Assembly (NCBI GenBank): GCA_031835245.2
Contig: JAVKOQ020000004.1
Span: 124,001 to 188,000, forward strand
From: Balamuthia mandrillaris
Taxonomy: Eukaryota
Direction of reading: 5' to 3'
Length of the DNA: 64,000 nt
A program made the position numbers and the translations under genes. The first letter of the stretch is position 1. Each line of letters opens with the position of its first letter. Positions 38,270 through 52,236 of this stretch are shown piece by piece. The notes under the pieces are model-generated. The model saw only the letters and a program-made list of their open reading frames with translations, was not told where the DNA came from and did no database searches.

Positions 38270-38935
38270 AAGGTTGCATTTTTTCTTTTTTATATATATT
38301 TTTCCTAGTTTCGAAATCCTCACTTTTCAAACAGGCTCGCCAGACGGTGAAGGCCACCATGCTGAGAGAAGCACGCTGGTATGACGACAAACATGGGTTG
38401 TTGTTTTGACGAAGTGCAGGAGATCAACAACTTTGATAAGCACAACCGAACAGAGCACACTGCTCTCCTCATCAAGAAAGAGGTAACCTAATTGCTTGCT
38501 CTCACCGTGGTTGTTCTGTTTACCCTTTTTTTTTTTTTTTGTGGTTTATAGTTTAGGCAAAAGATGGATGATATCACTGCCATAAAACGTTTTGTGAGCG
38601 AGCGGACTCCTTTCAACTGGTCTGACCAGTTACTTAACGCTGCTAAAAATTTTGCACTACCCGTAAGCAGTCGACGTTACCGTTCAAACCGATGCGCAAT
38701 TGCGATAAAGGAAGCAGCTCATCTGCCTCAAACAAATGTTCCTCTTCGGACAAAGAAAATGGATTCGTGTCCAGGTTTCTTCTGGCTTTCCTGCTTTGTT
38801 TTGTGCCAGCAGATATCTTCTAACCGTTTTATCTTTGCCTGTTCAACGCCAAAAACAGGGCAGCGCCGTGAGCGATGGGCCTGCGCGTATCCCATTGAGG
38901 GATATCACCGCCACGCAACAAAACAGCATCTCAGA
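38270..38935 (+). pseudogene. TcmP-like paralogue copy 2, 3' piece
   Basis: Same intron positions as copy 1 (ACAG|GCTCGC; AAAGAG|GTAACC); KRFVSERTPFNWSDQL and PARIPLRDIT; frameshifted. Confidence 0.85.
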
Positions 38936-39039
38936 GTAACCACGTGCTTCATTCATGTCAAAGCGTGCATAAACAACGTGCACTCCCCCCCCCCCCTTTC
39001 ATAGAGAGCCTTCTCCGTAAACAATGCATCAAAACTGGC

Positions 39040-39630
39040 GGGAAAGAAAGACATGGAATGCCTTGGATACTATGTCAAGACCTACTTCAATGAGGTGAAC
39101 CAACTTCCGGCAGAACAACAGATTTATCCTGTTCATCTCGCGGTCAGGTGTACCAAAATCAAATATCATTTACTGTCGCTTGACCCAATGGTAAGTAATT
39201 CACCCTCTTTTCTTTTGCTTCTTGGCTCTTATCTTAACCTCGTGAACAGGCAAGAATCCTCATGAAGCAAGCCATTCTACGTCGTAGACTAACCGCCTAC
39301 GATCAACGTCAGGACGTTTTGGTCTACGAGGAGTCAAAGCCAGCCTCTGCTGTCTACAGGAGACATGACAAAGATCCGGATTGTACGAAAGGTATACACG
39401 AACAGCCTCATCATTGGATGCTTAGCATGACTCACGTTTGTTTTTTGTTGCTTCTAATATAGTTCGATGACCTGAGCAACATAGATGAAATAAAACGCTT
39501 TGTGGAGAACGAAACGCCATTCTCGTGGAGCGATGCGTTGATCGCAGAGGCAACGCGCGTGGACAGGACTCGCCTGCCTCGGCGATTCGGTCAACGTTTC
39601 TTAGAGAAGAGAGAAATTGCGGGCGTGCCA
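39040..39630 (+). pseudogene. TcmP-like paralogue copy 3 (more divergent 3' fragment)
   Basis: YFNEVN...IYPVHLAVR...YHLL|ARILMKQAIL...|IKRFVENETPFSWSDAL with introns at equivalent positions; no 5' half seen. Confidence 0.75.
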
Positions 39631-39725
39631 TTCCTCCATCTGGGCTCCAAGTGACCTCCCATTCTGCAGTGTTTGACCTGCAGCTTTTTTTAATAAATAA
39701 ATTTTAAAAAAATAAAAAGAAAAGA

Positions 39726-40782
<1,057 letters not shown>

Positions 40783-41081
40783 TGGCCAAAACAAACATTC
40801 TGCTTCTGCTTGTAAACTGTAACGCTTCTTTTTGTTTCTTTGTTACACTTTGAAGCGGAGAGATAAAGAAAAAGGGAAACGAAGAAAGAGAAAGAGAAAC
40901 TACTGAGAAAGAGAAACGATGGGAGAAATAGAAAACGACGAAATGAAAAGCGAAAGAGAAAGAACGAAGAGGAGAGAGAGAAAAAGAAAGAGAAACAACG
41001 AAAGAGAAACGATGGGAGAAAGAGAATAGATGGTTCACAGAAATGAGTATAAACAAAAAAAAGTCAGGATTCTTGTTTACT

Positions 41082-43898
41082 TTACCAGCCGTACTCCGGA
41101 GGAAGGTTGGAATAGGAGGAAGAGTAGGGAGAAGAGGAAGGTGGTTTCTTGATCATGGACTGAGCGGCCTGTTCCGTTTGGAAGAGGCTGAGGAAGACCT
41201 GTTCTTGCCCAGAGAGGGTTTGCTTCTTGGCAAAACCACGCGAAGAACGACCGCGATAGAGAATCTTGCCCTCGTTGGTGATGCGCGCTCGTGACTGCAG
41301 CTTCAACGAGCGAAGACGATAACGGCCGAGAATGTATCCTATCAATGCATCACTTACACCTATAAAACAGAGCATGGGAGCAAGGTCAATAACTGGAGCA
41401 GAAGGAAGAGAAGGAGGAGAATAAAAATATGTGAAGAAGATGTACCTGTCTCAATCAAAGTAACCGTCTGAAGGGAAGGGAATGCCGCCATCAACATCTG
41501 CAATGCTGAGTCGTTTGTCAACGTGTTCCTCAACGAAAGCTTCCGCAACGAGGTCAACACCTCCAAATGGGAGGTGAAGCGCGTGATCGGCGAGCACCGT
41601 CCCAACGTCAACACCCGCAGATGCTTGCACCCTCTTGTCAAGAGGGAGACCGTCTCCGTCCTCAGGTCAACATGATAGACTTTCAACACCTCAATCATCG
41701 GCGAGAAGTTGATCACCTCATAAATCCACGAATCGGTGATCTCGTATCGTGTCCCAGGATTGCTCTTCATGCCTACACGCAGCTCCCTCAGCTGAGGGCA
41801 TTGCTTGACCAACACCTGCACATCCGATTCGCTGAAGGGAGAATCACACAGGTTGATGTTTCTAAGGTTGGGGCAGTGGCTGCTGATGTAATGGAACTTG
41901 AAGGAGTCCATCACGATGTCCATGTCGCCGGCGCCGCTGTGCACGAGATGAAGGACTTCCAGGTTGGGCGTGCTTTTGAGTAGCTGGCGGACAGCCTCGG
42001 GAGACATGTTGAGCCAACCAAAGGCACGGAAGGAGCGGAAGTTGACAAGTGGTTTCTTGCCCCAGTTCACCACTCCTAATCTGTTAAAGAATAAGAAAAA
42101 GACGTCAGCAGGCAGAAGGAGAAGAAGAAGAAAAAGAAACAGAAAAAGAAAAAGAAAAAGAAAAAGAAAAAATGAAAATGAAGGAGAGGAAAAAAGAAGA
42201 AAGATAGGTAACTGAAAGTAGCCGCATTCAAGGGATTTAAGTTTAGGACAATTGGTGAGGTATTTGACAGCGGTTTGAGTGAGAATGGTGGACTTGGTGG
42301 TGGTGCCCAGTCGCAGCTTTTTCAAATGTTTACAAGTCTCGGAGAGGCAACGCATCGTCATTTCTGAAAACTGAGAGAAGCTCTTAAAGACTCTGTAATA
42401 AATAATTCATTAGCAAGAGAGAAAAATGAAAGGTGACAAAAGCGGAGGGAATAACTAAAGAAAAGAAGAGAGGAAGAAAAGGCTTCACCTCAAGTTTGGA
42501 CAGAACTGAATGATAGGCTGAATGACTTCATCCGGATGTTCAAGAATACCAGGCAGAACGAGGGTGTGGAGGTTGGGACAGAGTTTGCCGATCATCAACA
42601 AACACCGAACGGTGAACTGCCTCTCCAAATCTTCCAAATGGAGCTCTCTCAGGTTGCTACATCGACCGAGAGCTGCCGTCAAACCAACGTCGCTGACTTG
42701 CGTGCACCCTTTCAAAGAGAGCACTTCTAGTCTCGGGTTCATGGCTACTATCCATACCTGTTGTTCGTATTTTAAAGAAACAAAAGTACAAGAATTAAGA
42801 AACAGTAGAAAAAAATATAGCAATGTAAACGAGAGATAATAGGGGGAGGGAGGGAGAGAGAAAGAAGAAACGAACAAGTAGTTGGTCAGAGGCGATGTGC
42901 TCATAGTTTCCTAGATATACAGCCCGCCAAAGTTGTTCGCAGCAGGCAAGACGCCGCCACAGCCGACAAACGGTGGAGCAACGCACTAAATAGGGAAAAT
43001 GCGGCAAATAGCTAAGAATATGAACTATAACTTCTTCTGGCAATGAGCCAATAGTCACTTGCTCTCTTCTTCCTTTGTCCCGACTGTTTGTTTAAGGAAG
43101 GATAAAGAGTCAGCTTACGAATAAAGAAGAAGAATAACAAGAAGAAGAACGAGAACGAGAACGAGAACGAGAACGAGAACGAGAACGAGAACGAGAACGA
43201 GAACGAGAACGAGAACGAGAACGAGAACGAGAACGAGAACGAGAACGAGAACGAGAACGAGCGAAAAGAATAAAAAACCTTTTACGCCAAGCAGCAGCCA
43301 ACTTACTCCCTCGGCTCTCTTTCGGGGACTCGCTCTCCTTCCTTCGGGCCGCCACAATGGCCGCCGTCCTCTCCCGCTCCCTCTCCCTCTCTCTCTCCGC
43401 CCGGTCCGTTTCCTTCAGCTGCCCGCCCTTCCCTTTCTTCTTGCTCTTCCTCTCCTTGTGCTTCTTCCTGCGGGTCTTCTTGGCGGCCGCAGAGAGCTCC
43501 GCTGCGGAAGTCCCAGAGTTGCAGCTGCCCTCCGAGGGCAGCAGCTCCCGCTCGGCCGAGTGCGCGACGAGCACGTCGCGGTCCTGCTCGAAGGAGGAGG
43601 AAGGGGAGCTGTGCCCCGAGCTGAGGGAGCGCTCCCCCCTCAGCTCCCCTGCCAGCGGGTTGGAGGTCGTCGTCGACCCCGTCAAAGATGTCGTCCCAGA
43701 GGAGCCCGTCATGGTGGCGGTCATGGAGCCCCCTCGCTCTCGCACCTTGGAGACGCACTCCTCCAGAGGGTTGAAGTAGCAGTCGTCGTCGTAGTGCTGG
43801 AGCATGAGGTCGTTGTTAGGGCCGCTGCTGCTGCCGCCGGGGAAAGCTCGAGGTGAAGAAGAAGAAGAGAAGGTGGCGGCTCTGCTACCGAGTGACAT
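41082..43898 (-). CDS. F-box/leucine-rich repeat protein (FBXL type), multi-exon
   Basis: F-box IGSLPEEVIVHILSYL...CSTVCRLWRRL; cysteine-containing LRRs (LEVLSLKGCTQVSDVGL, CPNLRNINL, CPQLRELRV). Confidence 0.88.
43147..43260. repeat. (GAGAAC)n hexanucleotide repeat in an F-box gene intron
   Basis: Perfect tandem repeat; the RS-repeat ORF is a by-product. Confidence 0.9.
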
Positions 43899-44160
43899 CC
43901 CCACTACTGCGTTCTCTTTTTTTTTCTTCTCTCTTTTTCAAAAATTTTTTGTGTTCAATAATTTATTTTGCTGTCGACAAATACCAAAAATAAAACGCAA
44001 TTATTGCTTTTTCAAGTAATGTTATCCGAAAAAATTATATTTTTTTCTGGATGAAACACTCTCTTATCTGCTCTCCTATCTAATCTCATGTCCTTCGGCA
44101 AAAAAAAGAGAGAAGAGAACGATGAGAAGAGAACGATGAAGAGAACGATGAGAAGAGAAC

Positions 44161-44196
<36 letters not shown>

Positions 44197-44302
44197 CATC
44201 TGGCGACCTTTCTAGTGGAAATAAAGATTCTGTTGTTTGGGTAAAGCAAACGTTTATCATGAAAGCAAAGTGCAAAGAAGACATCTTATATTTTGTTGCT
44301 GT

Positions 44303-44777
44303 TTAGAGCTCATCTTTCTTTCCCTGGGCGGCCAAAGGCTCGCTGAAAGAGGGGAAGTCGGCGACGGTGGCGCTGTTGTAGCCACTGTTGACGAACTCCT
44401 TGAAGGCCTCCACCGTCCTGGCGCCCTGGTAGGCGTACAGCTTATCACCATTTCGGCTGTTATGCGCACAAAAGCAAAACGTGAGACAAAGAGAAAATAA
44501 GAGATGAGAGGAGAAAAGTGAACAGAGAGAGATAAGAGAGAAAAGAGAACGTACAGCTTGATGGTAGGATATCCCCTCACACCCAACTTACTGCACACAG
44601 CTATAAAAAGAAAAAACGAAGAGTTAGTTACGTTTGTTGTTGGTTGTTCCCCAATATACTGACCCTTCTCCACGGTACAATCCACTTTGCCGACGTTGAA
44701 CTTGCCCTCAGTCTTGGTGGCAAGCTCGTCCCAAGTAGGGGCCAAACGCTTGCAGTGACCGCACCAGGGAGCATAGC
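44303..44777 (-). CDS. Single-domain PDI-family thioredoxin with C-terminal KDEL; 5' exon not identified
   Basis: [19 protein letters not shown]...[25 protein letters not shown] and ...KKDEL* spread over three exons. Confidence 0.8.
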
Positions 44778-45036
44778 TGCATTCGAAAAGAGTGTGAGAA
44801 GAAGATGAATTAATTACCGTCGTAATTATTAAAACTGATAAATGTCTACAAAAACTCTTCTTTGGTCGTCCCCCTTAACAGCTCCATGACGTCTTGAACC
44901 TCCCAATGTGTTGATCTGTTAATAAAACTTTCAAACCACCAATGAAAAATCAAAATGAATTAGTTGCAGAGATCAGTCACGTCGACCAAAATTACGCATT
45001 TCTTTCCAACAAGAAAAAAAAGAAACAGAAAAAGAG

Positions 45037-45740
45037 ATGGAAGAAGAGGTAAACTTTGCGGCCCTCGATGAGGAGCTCTGCGTGTTTGACGCAGAGTCTC
45101 GCTCTATCCCCTTTGCTTCCCTTTTCGCAGAACGCAAGTTTGTGTTTTTTTCTCTCTCTTCCTTTTTTTTGCAAACCTTTTTCCCATCAGAACAAAAACT
45201 CACTGCTCTTTGATTTTGATTTGATTTTTTTCTTTCATTTCTTTTCATTTGTTGTTTTAACAAAAGGGCCATCATCACCTTTGTTCGCCACTTTGGCTGA
45301 TTTGTGTGCCGCGATTGGGTGAAGGCTTTGAGCGAGGAGATTTCTCCCTCTTTGCTCAGACAGCACAACACCTCCCTCTTTGTCATCGGCTGCGGGCCTC
45401 CCTCTGGCATCCTCCCCTTCAAGCAGGACACTCACTTTGACAAACTGGAATTTGATTCCTCAAAAGAAGAAGAGGAGAGAGTGGCTGACATGTTTGTGGA
45501 CCCCGAGAGAAAAGTGTACGACGCCCTGCGCTTGATCCATGCAGAGTCCTTCTCTCAGCTGAAGGGACAGCCCTCACCTTACGTGAAGAGCGGGTTCATG
45601 GGGGGCATGGCCTGGTCGCTGAAGAAGGTCTTTGCCTCGGGGTTGAACACCGGCGACTTCAAGCAACTCGGAGGAGAGTTTGTGGTGGGTCCTGGCCCTG
45701 TTTGTCACTATGTGGTATGTGTTTTCCTTTCTTCCTTTTT

Positions 45741-45779
<39 letters not shown>

Positions 45780-45919
45780 AACATAAACGTTATAAACCAA
45801 CACCTTAGCATCGACACGAAAATCCCTCTGATGTGTCTAACATTGATACGTTGTTAGAGGCAGCCGGCTGCAAGCCACCACCACAGCAGCAAGAAGAACA
45901 AGACCAGAGCGAACACTAA
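45037..45919 (+). CDS. Selenoprotein, peroxiredoxin-like 2 / AhpC-TSA_2 (SelU/AAED1-like) family; exons 45037-45137, 45267-45714, 45809-45919; Sec at TGA 45298-45300
   Basis: Spliced frame reads FVRHFG-TGA-FVCRD (UxxC); family motifs LFVIGCG, FVDPERKVYDAL, GDFKQLGGEFVVGPG and HRHENPSD; SECIS downstream. Confidence 0.88.
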
Positions 45920-46045
45920 ACGATAGCAACTTTTTCTTGCCTTTTCGTTGTTCGTTTGTGGTTACGTTTTTCCTGTTCATCCACTGCCTCCCTTTGTTTT
46001 TCTTTCTCTTCGTCTTTTTTTTTTTGTTTTTGTTTGGAATCGTTT

Positions 46046-46112
46046 CTTGTTAGGATGAAGCTTCTTCTTGCAATCCTTTGCAACCAAAGTGAAGAGAAGA
46101 AGCTGACAACAT
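46046..46112 (+). promoter_or_regulatory. Eukaryotic SECIS element, type II
   Basis: ATGAA core (46055) with TGAC (46104); helix II GCTTCTTCT/AGAAGAAGC; unpaired AA; apical minihelix CTTTG-CAAC-CAAAG; helix I TGTT/AACA; about 135 nt after the stop codon. Confidence 0.85.
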
Positions 46113-46444
46113 ACTTTTACTTTTGTTGTTTGACAAGGAACGACGGAGAAACCAAACTGACAACAAAAAAGCAGGCAAAGCAAAGAAAGCAAGCAAGAAG
46201 TTGGTTGTGAAACTGATATTTATATATTCAGCGTTTCTCGTTATTTTTTCTTCTTTATTGGTTTAAAATTTAAATAAGAATATTAGTCACTTGACTACTC
46301 TCTCATGTCCATCACACATAAAAAAACAGTAAAATTTTGTCCACTCTCATGTCCAACCGAAACCGGAAAAAGAAAAGAATGAAAAGCACTGAAAACAAAA
46401 CACGGATATAAAAGAAACCGAAGAAGAAGAAGAAGAAGTAAAGG

Positions 46445-48222
<1,778 letters not shown>

Positions 48223-48299
48223 TATTACAGCAGATTAGATATGTGTTGAGGTGGATGAAACAGAACGGCTGGTGTCTCCTTCGTCTTGCCTGTGTGGAG

Positions 48300-48393
48300 A
48301 CAATAGGGTCCAGCTGTTGCAATGGTCCTGGCGGCGATGGCTCGGGTGGCCCTTGGGAGGCAGGCAGCTCACCAGCGCTTCTCTGTGGCTCCA
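48300..48393 (-). pseudogene. Relic of the F-box-like 5' end of the ankyrin-repeat gene family (cf. 57080-57170)
   Basis: 48325-48357 matches 57091-57122 with 3 substitutions and 1 indel; 48366-48376 is identical to 57140-57150. Confidence 0.65.
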
Positions 48394-48563
48394 AAAAAAT
48401 CCATCAATAATCGATACATTACACCTCTAGCGAAAAAATCTGAATAATTGCAACGATTAACAAAAAATGGGTGATTATCAACAAAAATTCGATTAAGGTG
48501 TCGACAACAATCTTCTACTAAAGAAGAAAAAGAAAAAGAAAAAGAAAAAGAGAAGAGAAGAAA

Positions 48564-50231
48564 ATGGAAGGCGACTGGACCGAGTACGTGGACCTCCGCA
48601 GCGACACCGTCACCCACCCGACGCCCGAGATGAGGGAGGCCATGGCCACCGCCAAGGTTGGCGATGACGTCTTTGGCGACGACCCTACCGTCCTCCAACT
48701 GCAGGAGGAGTGCGCGCGTCTCTTTGGCAAGGAAGCGGCCCTCTTTGTGCCAAGGTTCTTGTTCTTCTTCTCTTTGCTGCTGCTGCTGCTTCTGCTTCTT
48801 TCTTTCTTTCTTCTCTTTCTAACCGCAAAACAAAACAAAAAGCGGAACACAAGGAAACCTGATAGCTTTGTTGACGCACTGCAACCGCGGCGAGGAGGTC
48901 ATCGTGGGGGACCTCGCTCACATTTTTCTCTTCGAGGCCGCTGGTTGGTTCTCTTCTTTTTCATTTTTCATTATTTTTCTTTTATTTTCATTTCTTTTTT
49001 AATATTTTTATTTTTATATTTTCTTTTTTTGTTGTTATATTTTATATTTTATATTTTATTTTAAGTTTTATTTATTTTTATTATTTATTTATTTATTGTT
49101 AGTTTATTTTATTTTATTTTATTTTGTTTGCTTTTGCTTTTGTTTCACTTATATTTGTTTTTGTTTAACAAAATATATATCATTTCTTTCAAAATAAAAA
49201 ATAGGCATGTCGGCAGTTGGAGGATTGATGCCTCGCACATTGCCGGTGAGACCCGATGGCACCATCGCTCTGGAGGACATTGAGGCCGCCATTCGCACCA
49301 AAGACGACCATTTCCCCACCACTCGTCTCATCTGTCTTGAGAACACCCAAAACAAAGCTGGAGGTATTTGTCGTTACTATGAACCCTTTTTCTCTTTTCT
49401 CTCTTTATCTCGTCTGGCTTCTCTCTTCTCTCCTTTTTGTCGGCTCTTCTCTGTCTTTCTAACAAGCGAAAATAAAAGGAGTGGCATTACCACCAGAGTA
49501 TATCTCCGCCGTCTGTGCTCTTGCCAAGCGCCACTCGCTTGCCGTGCATATGGATGGCGCTCGCATCTTCAACGCCTTTGCCTCCTACCCTCCCTCTTCC
49601 TCTCTTTCTCTCGCCTCCCTTGTAGCGGACGTGGACAGCATCACCATCTGTCTATCCAAAGGCCTCTGCGCACCTGTTGGCTCCGTGCTGCTCGGCACTC
49701 GCTCCTTTATCCAACGAGCAAGAAGAATTAGGAAGATGTTGGGAGGAGGCATGAGGCAGGCTGGAGTGTTGGCGGCAGCTGGTCTTTTGGCCATCGGAGA
49801 GGAGATGAGGGGCAGAGTCAAGGAGGACCAGGAGAGAGCAGAGGCCATTGCGGAGGGCATCAGAGGAAGCGAGGTGTTGAAACCGTACATGCAGGTAGTG
49901 AAGAACGCCACCAACTTTGTGTTTCTGAAGTTCCTTGGTAAGTTTTGAATCTCTCCATCTTCTTTCCTGCATCTTTCTGCACTTCTTTTTCTGAACTGTT
50001 TTTCTCTTTCTTATTCGATAAACAGGTCACAAAGATCAAACTCAAGAACAAAACGAAAAAGATGGTTCTTTGTTGGTCCGTCGCTTGAGAGAAAACCACA
50101 AAATCATTCTCATCGACAACACAAATCACAACAACTTTCGTCTCGTGACTCACTATTGGATCAAACCGGAACATGTCCAAAGAATCATTTCTGCTTTCGA
50201 GGCTGAGGTTTCTCACTTGTATCCTAACTAG
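48564..50231 (+). CDS. Low-specificity L-threonine aldolase (GLY1/LtaE family), multi-exon
   Basis: [44 protein letters not shown] lysine motif [21 protein letters not shown] and FRLVTHY. Confidence 0.95.
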
Positions 50232-50321
50232 TGATCAGGCTGTTGTTGCTGTGAAGAGGATGAAGTTGATTTCGTTATGGTTTCGCAGCTTCTTCGTATG
50301 ATGTTGTTGTCTCGCTCTCTT

Positions 50322-51612
50322 CTATCCTACAACAGTTCCTTTTCGTTTCTTCTCTTCATTACTTTCTCCTTCTTCTTTCTTCTTGTTCTTCTTGTTCTTC
50401 TTTGTCCTCTTTTTCATTGTTATTATCCTCTTTTTCCTCTTCTCTTCCTCTTTATGCTTCGACAGTACCTCCTGAAGATCGAGCCAACTTTGTGATCCTT
50501 CAAGGAAGCTGCTGCTTCTTCGTAATCCACGAAGATGATCTTTGGTACGGCTGCTCCTTATTCCTCTTTTGTCTTCAACTTTTTCTTTATCGTTTGCGCT
50601 TGCATTTGCGTTTTTGTTGTTGTTGTTTAAAGTTGGAGGAGATGACTGGCGTGGTCTTCTTGCCGTTACAAGCCCACTCATTGAAACCAAGGGAACGTAT
50701 GAAGTGGTAAAATCATCTTCTGGTTTCTTTTCCACTAAAGCAGGAAGATGGAGTAGTTTTCGCTCAGCCTCATCGATGATCGTTTGTGTCTTCTTCTTTC
50801 TTCGTTCTTTTCGGTCCATATTGAAACTTCGGAAGGAGAACGCTCTATGTACTCCTCTTCCTTTCTTCTCCTCTTTCCCGAGGTTTGTTCTTGCATCCCC
50901 TTCTTTCTTTTCTTTCTCTTTGTGTAGTTCTTCTTTGGCATCTTTCTTCCTCTCTTCCTGTTCTCCTCCCTTTTCTTCTTTCCTCTTTGTGCCCACTTCT
51001 CTTTCTTTATCTTCCACCACTTCTTGTTCTTTCATCTCAAACAGAGTTTGTCCCATCTCCCATATCCTTTGCTCCTTCTCTTCCTTTCTCCTCTGCCGCT
51101 CGTTCCACTTGCGCTCCTTCTCAGCCGCTTCCTCCTGCCATCGCCTCCGTTCTCTCTCCTCATGGATGTCCGGCACCCAGGAGGGATCCCAATAGTTGAG
51201 AGAGCGTTTGCGGCCGATGAAAGGTAACGTCCCTCCGAATGGATAGTCTCTGCCGTCTTTGTCTTTTCTCGTTCTGCTTCTTTGTTTGACGTCGTTTGAA
51301 GAGAAGCTGTGTTCCGTTTCATCTTCTGAAGAGGAAGAAGCGGACGAAGAAGAAGAGGAGTAGGAAGATGAATAAGAAGAATCGGAAGAGGAGGAAAGAG
51401 TCGAAACAGAAGTGGTGGTAGGTAGATGCTTAAAGTGTTCTTCAGCAAAGCGACCTTGAATTGCAACAAAAAAAAAGCGTGAGACTACAAGAAACGGGGA
51501 AAAAACGGTGAAGGGTTTTGATAAAAAGCAAACGAGAAAAAAGGGAAGAAAAATAGATACCTAGAGATGAGAGTGAAGCAGAAAGAAAGAAAGAGAGAGA
51601 GAGAAAGAATGA

Positions 51613-51704
<92 letters not shown>

Positions 51705-51875
51705 AACGACAAGAAACGACAAGAAAGAAAGAATGAGAGAAAGAAAGAAGCAACAAGAAACGACAAGAAAGAGAGAGACAGAAAGAGAAAACGACAAAAA
51801 GAGAGAGAAAGCGAGACAACACAAACCAGTAGACAGAAACACCGTTTTGTTGTGGGACGCCTTGAACTTTTCCAT
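50322..51875 (-). CDS. Hypothetical highly charged, low-complexity protein (2 or more exons)
   Basis: Exon 1 MEKFKASHNKTVFLST(G) splices across an (AAAG)n intron into an open frame (RFAEEHFKHL...) that continues to 50322; no family recognised. Confidence 0.5.
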
Positions 51876-52236
51876 GGCGTGTGCGTGCGTGCGTGCGTGG
51901 GCTAGCCCTGCGTTGTGGCGACCCGTCCCAGAGAAACCCAGTCCAGTTTAACCGTTGTATGTTATGTTACGTTTCCCAAAAAACCAAAAAATCCGAAGCG
52001 AAAAAGCCGAAACCGATCGGCCACTGTAACGCTTTGCTGTCTGAAAGGTTACCTAGCAGAGGCATTTTATAATGAATTTTTATCTATAAAAGGAATTTAA
52101 ATCTGTAAAAGCTGACGTGGACCAGTACCGTTGCTCCTTTCCGGTTGAGATCTTCAATGACGTCAGCATTAGAGGTCTTTGATTGTTGATTGGACAATTT
52201 TCAAAAAGAAAGAAAGAAGAAAGCAAAAGGAGGAAG

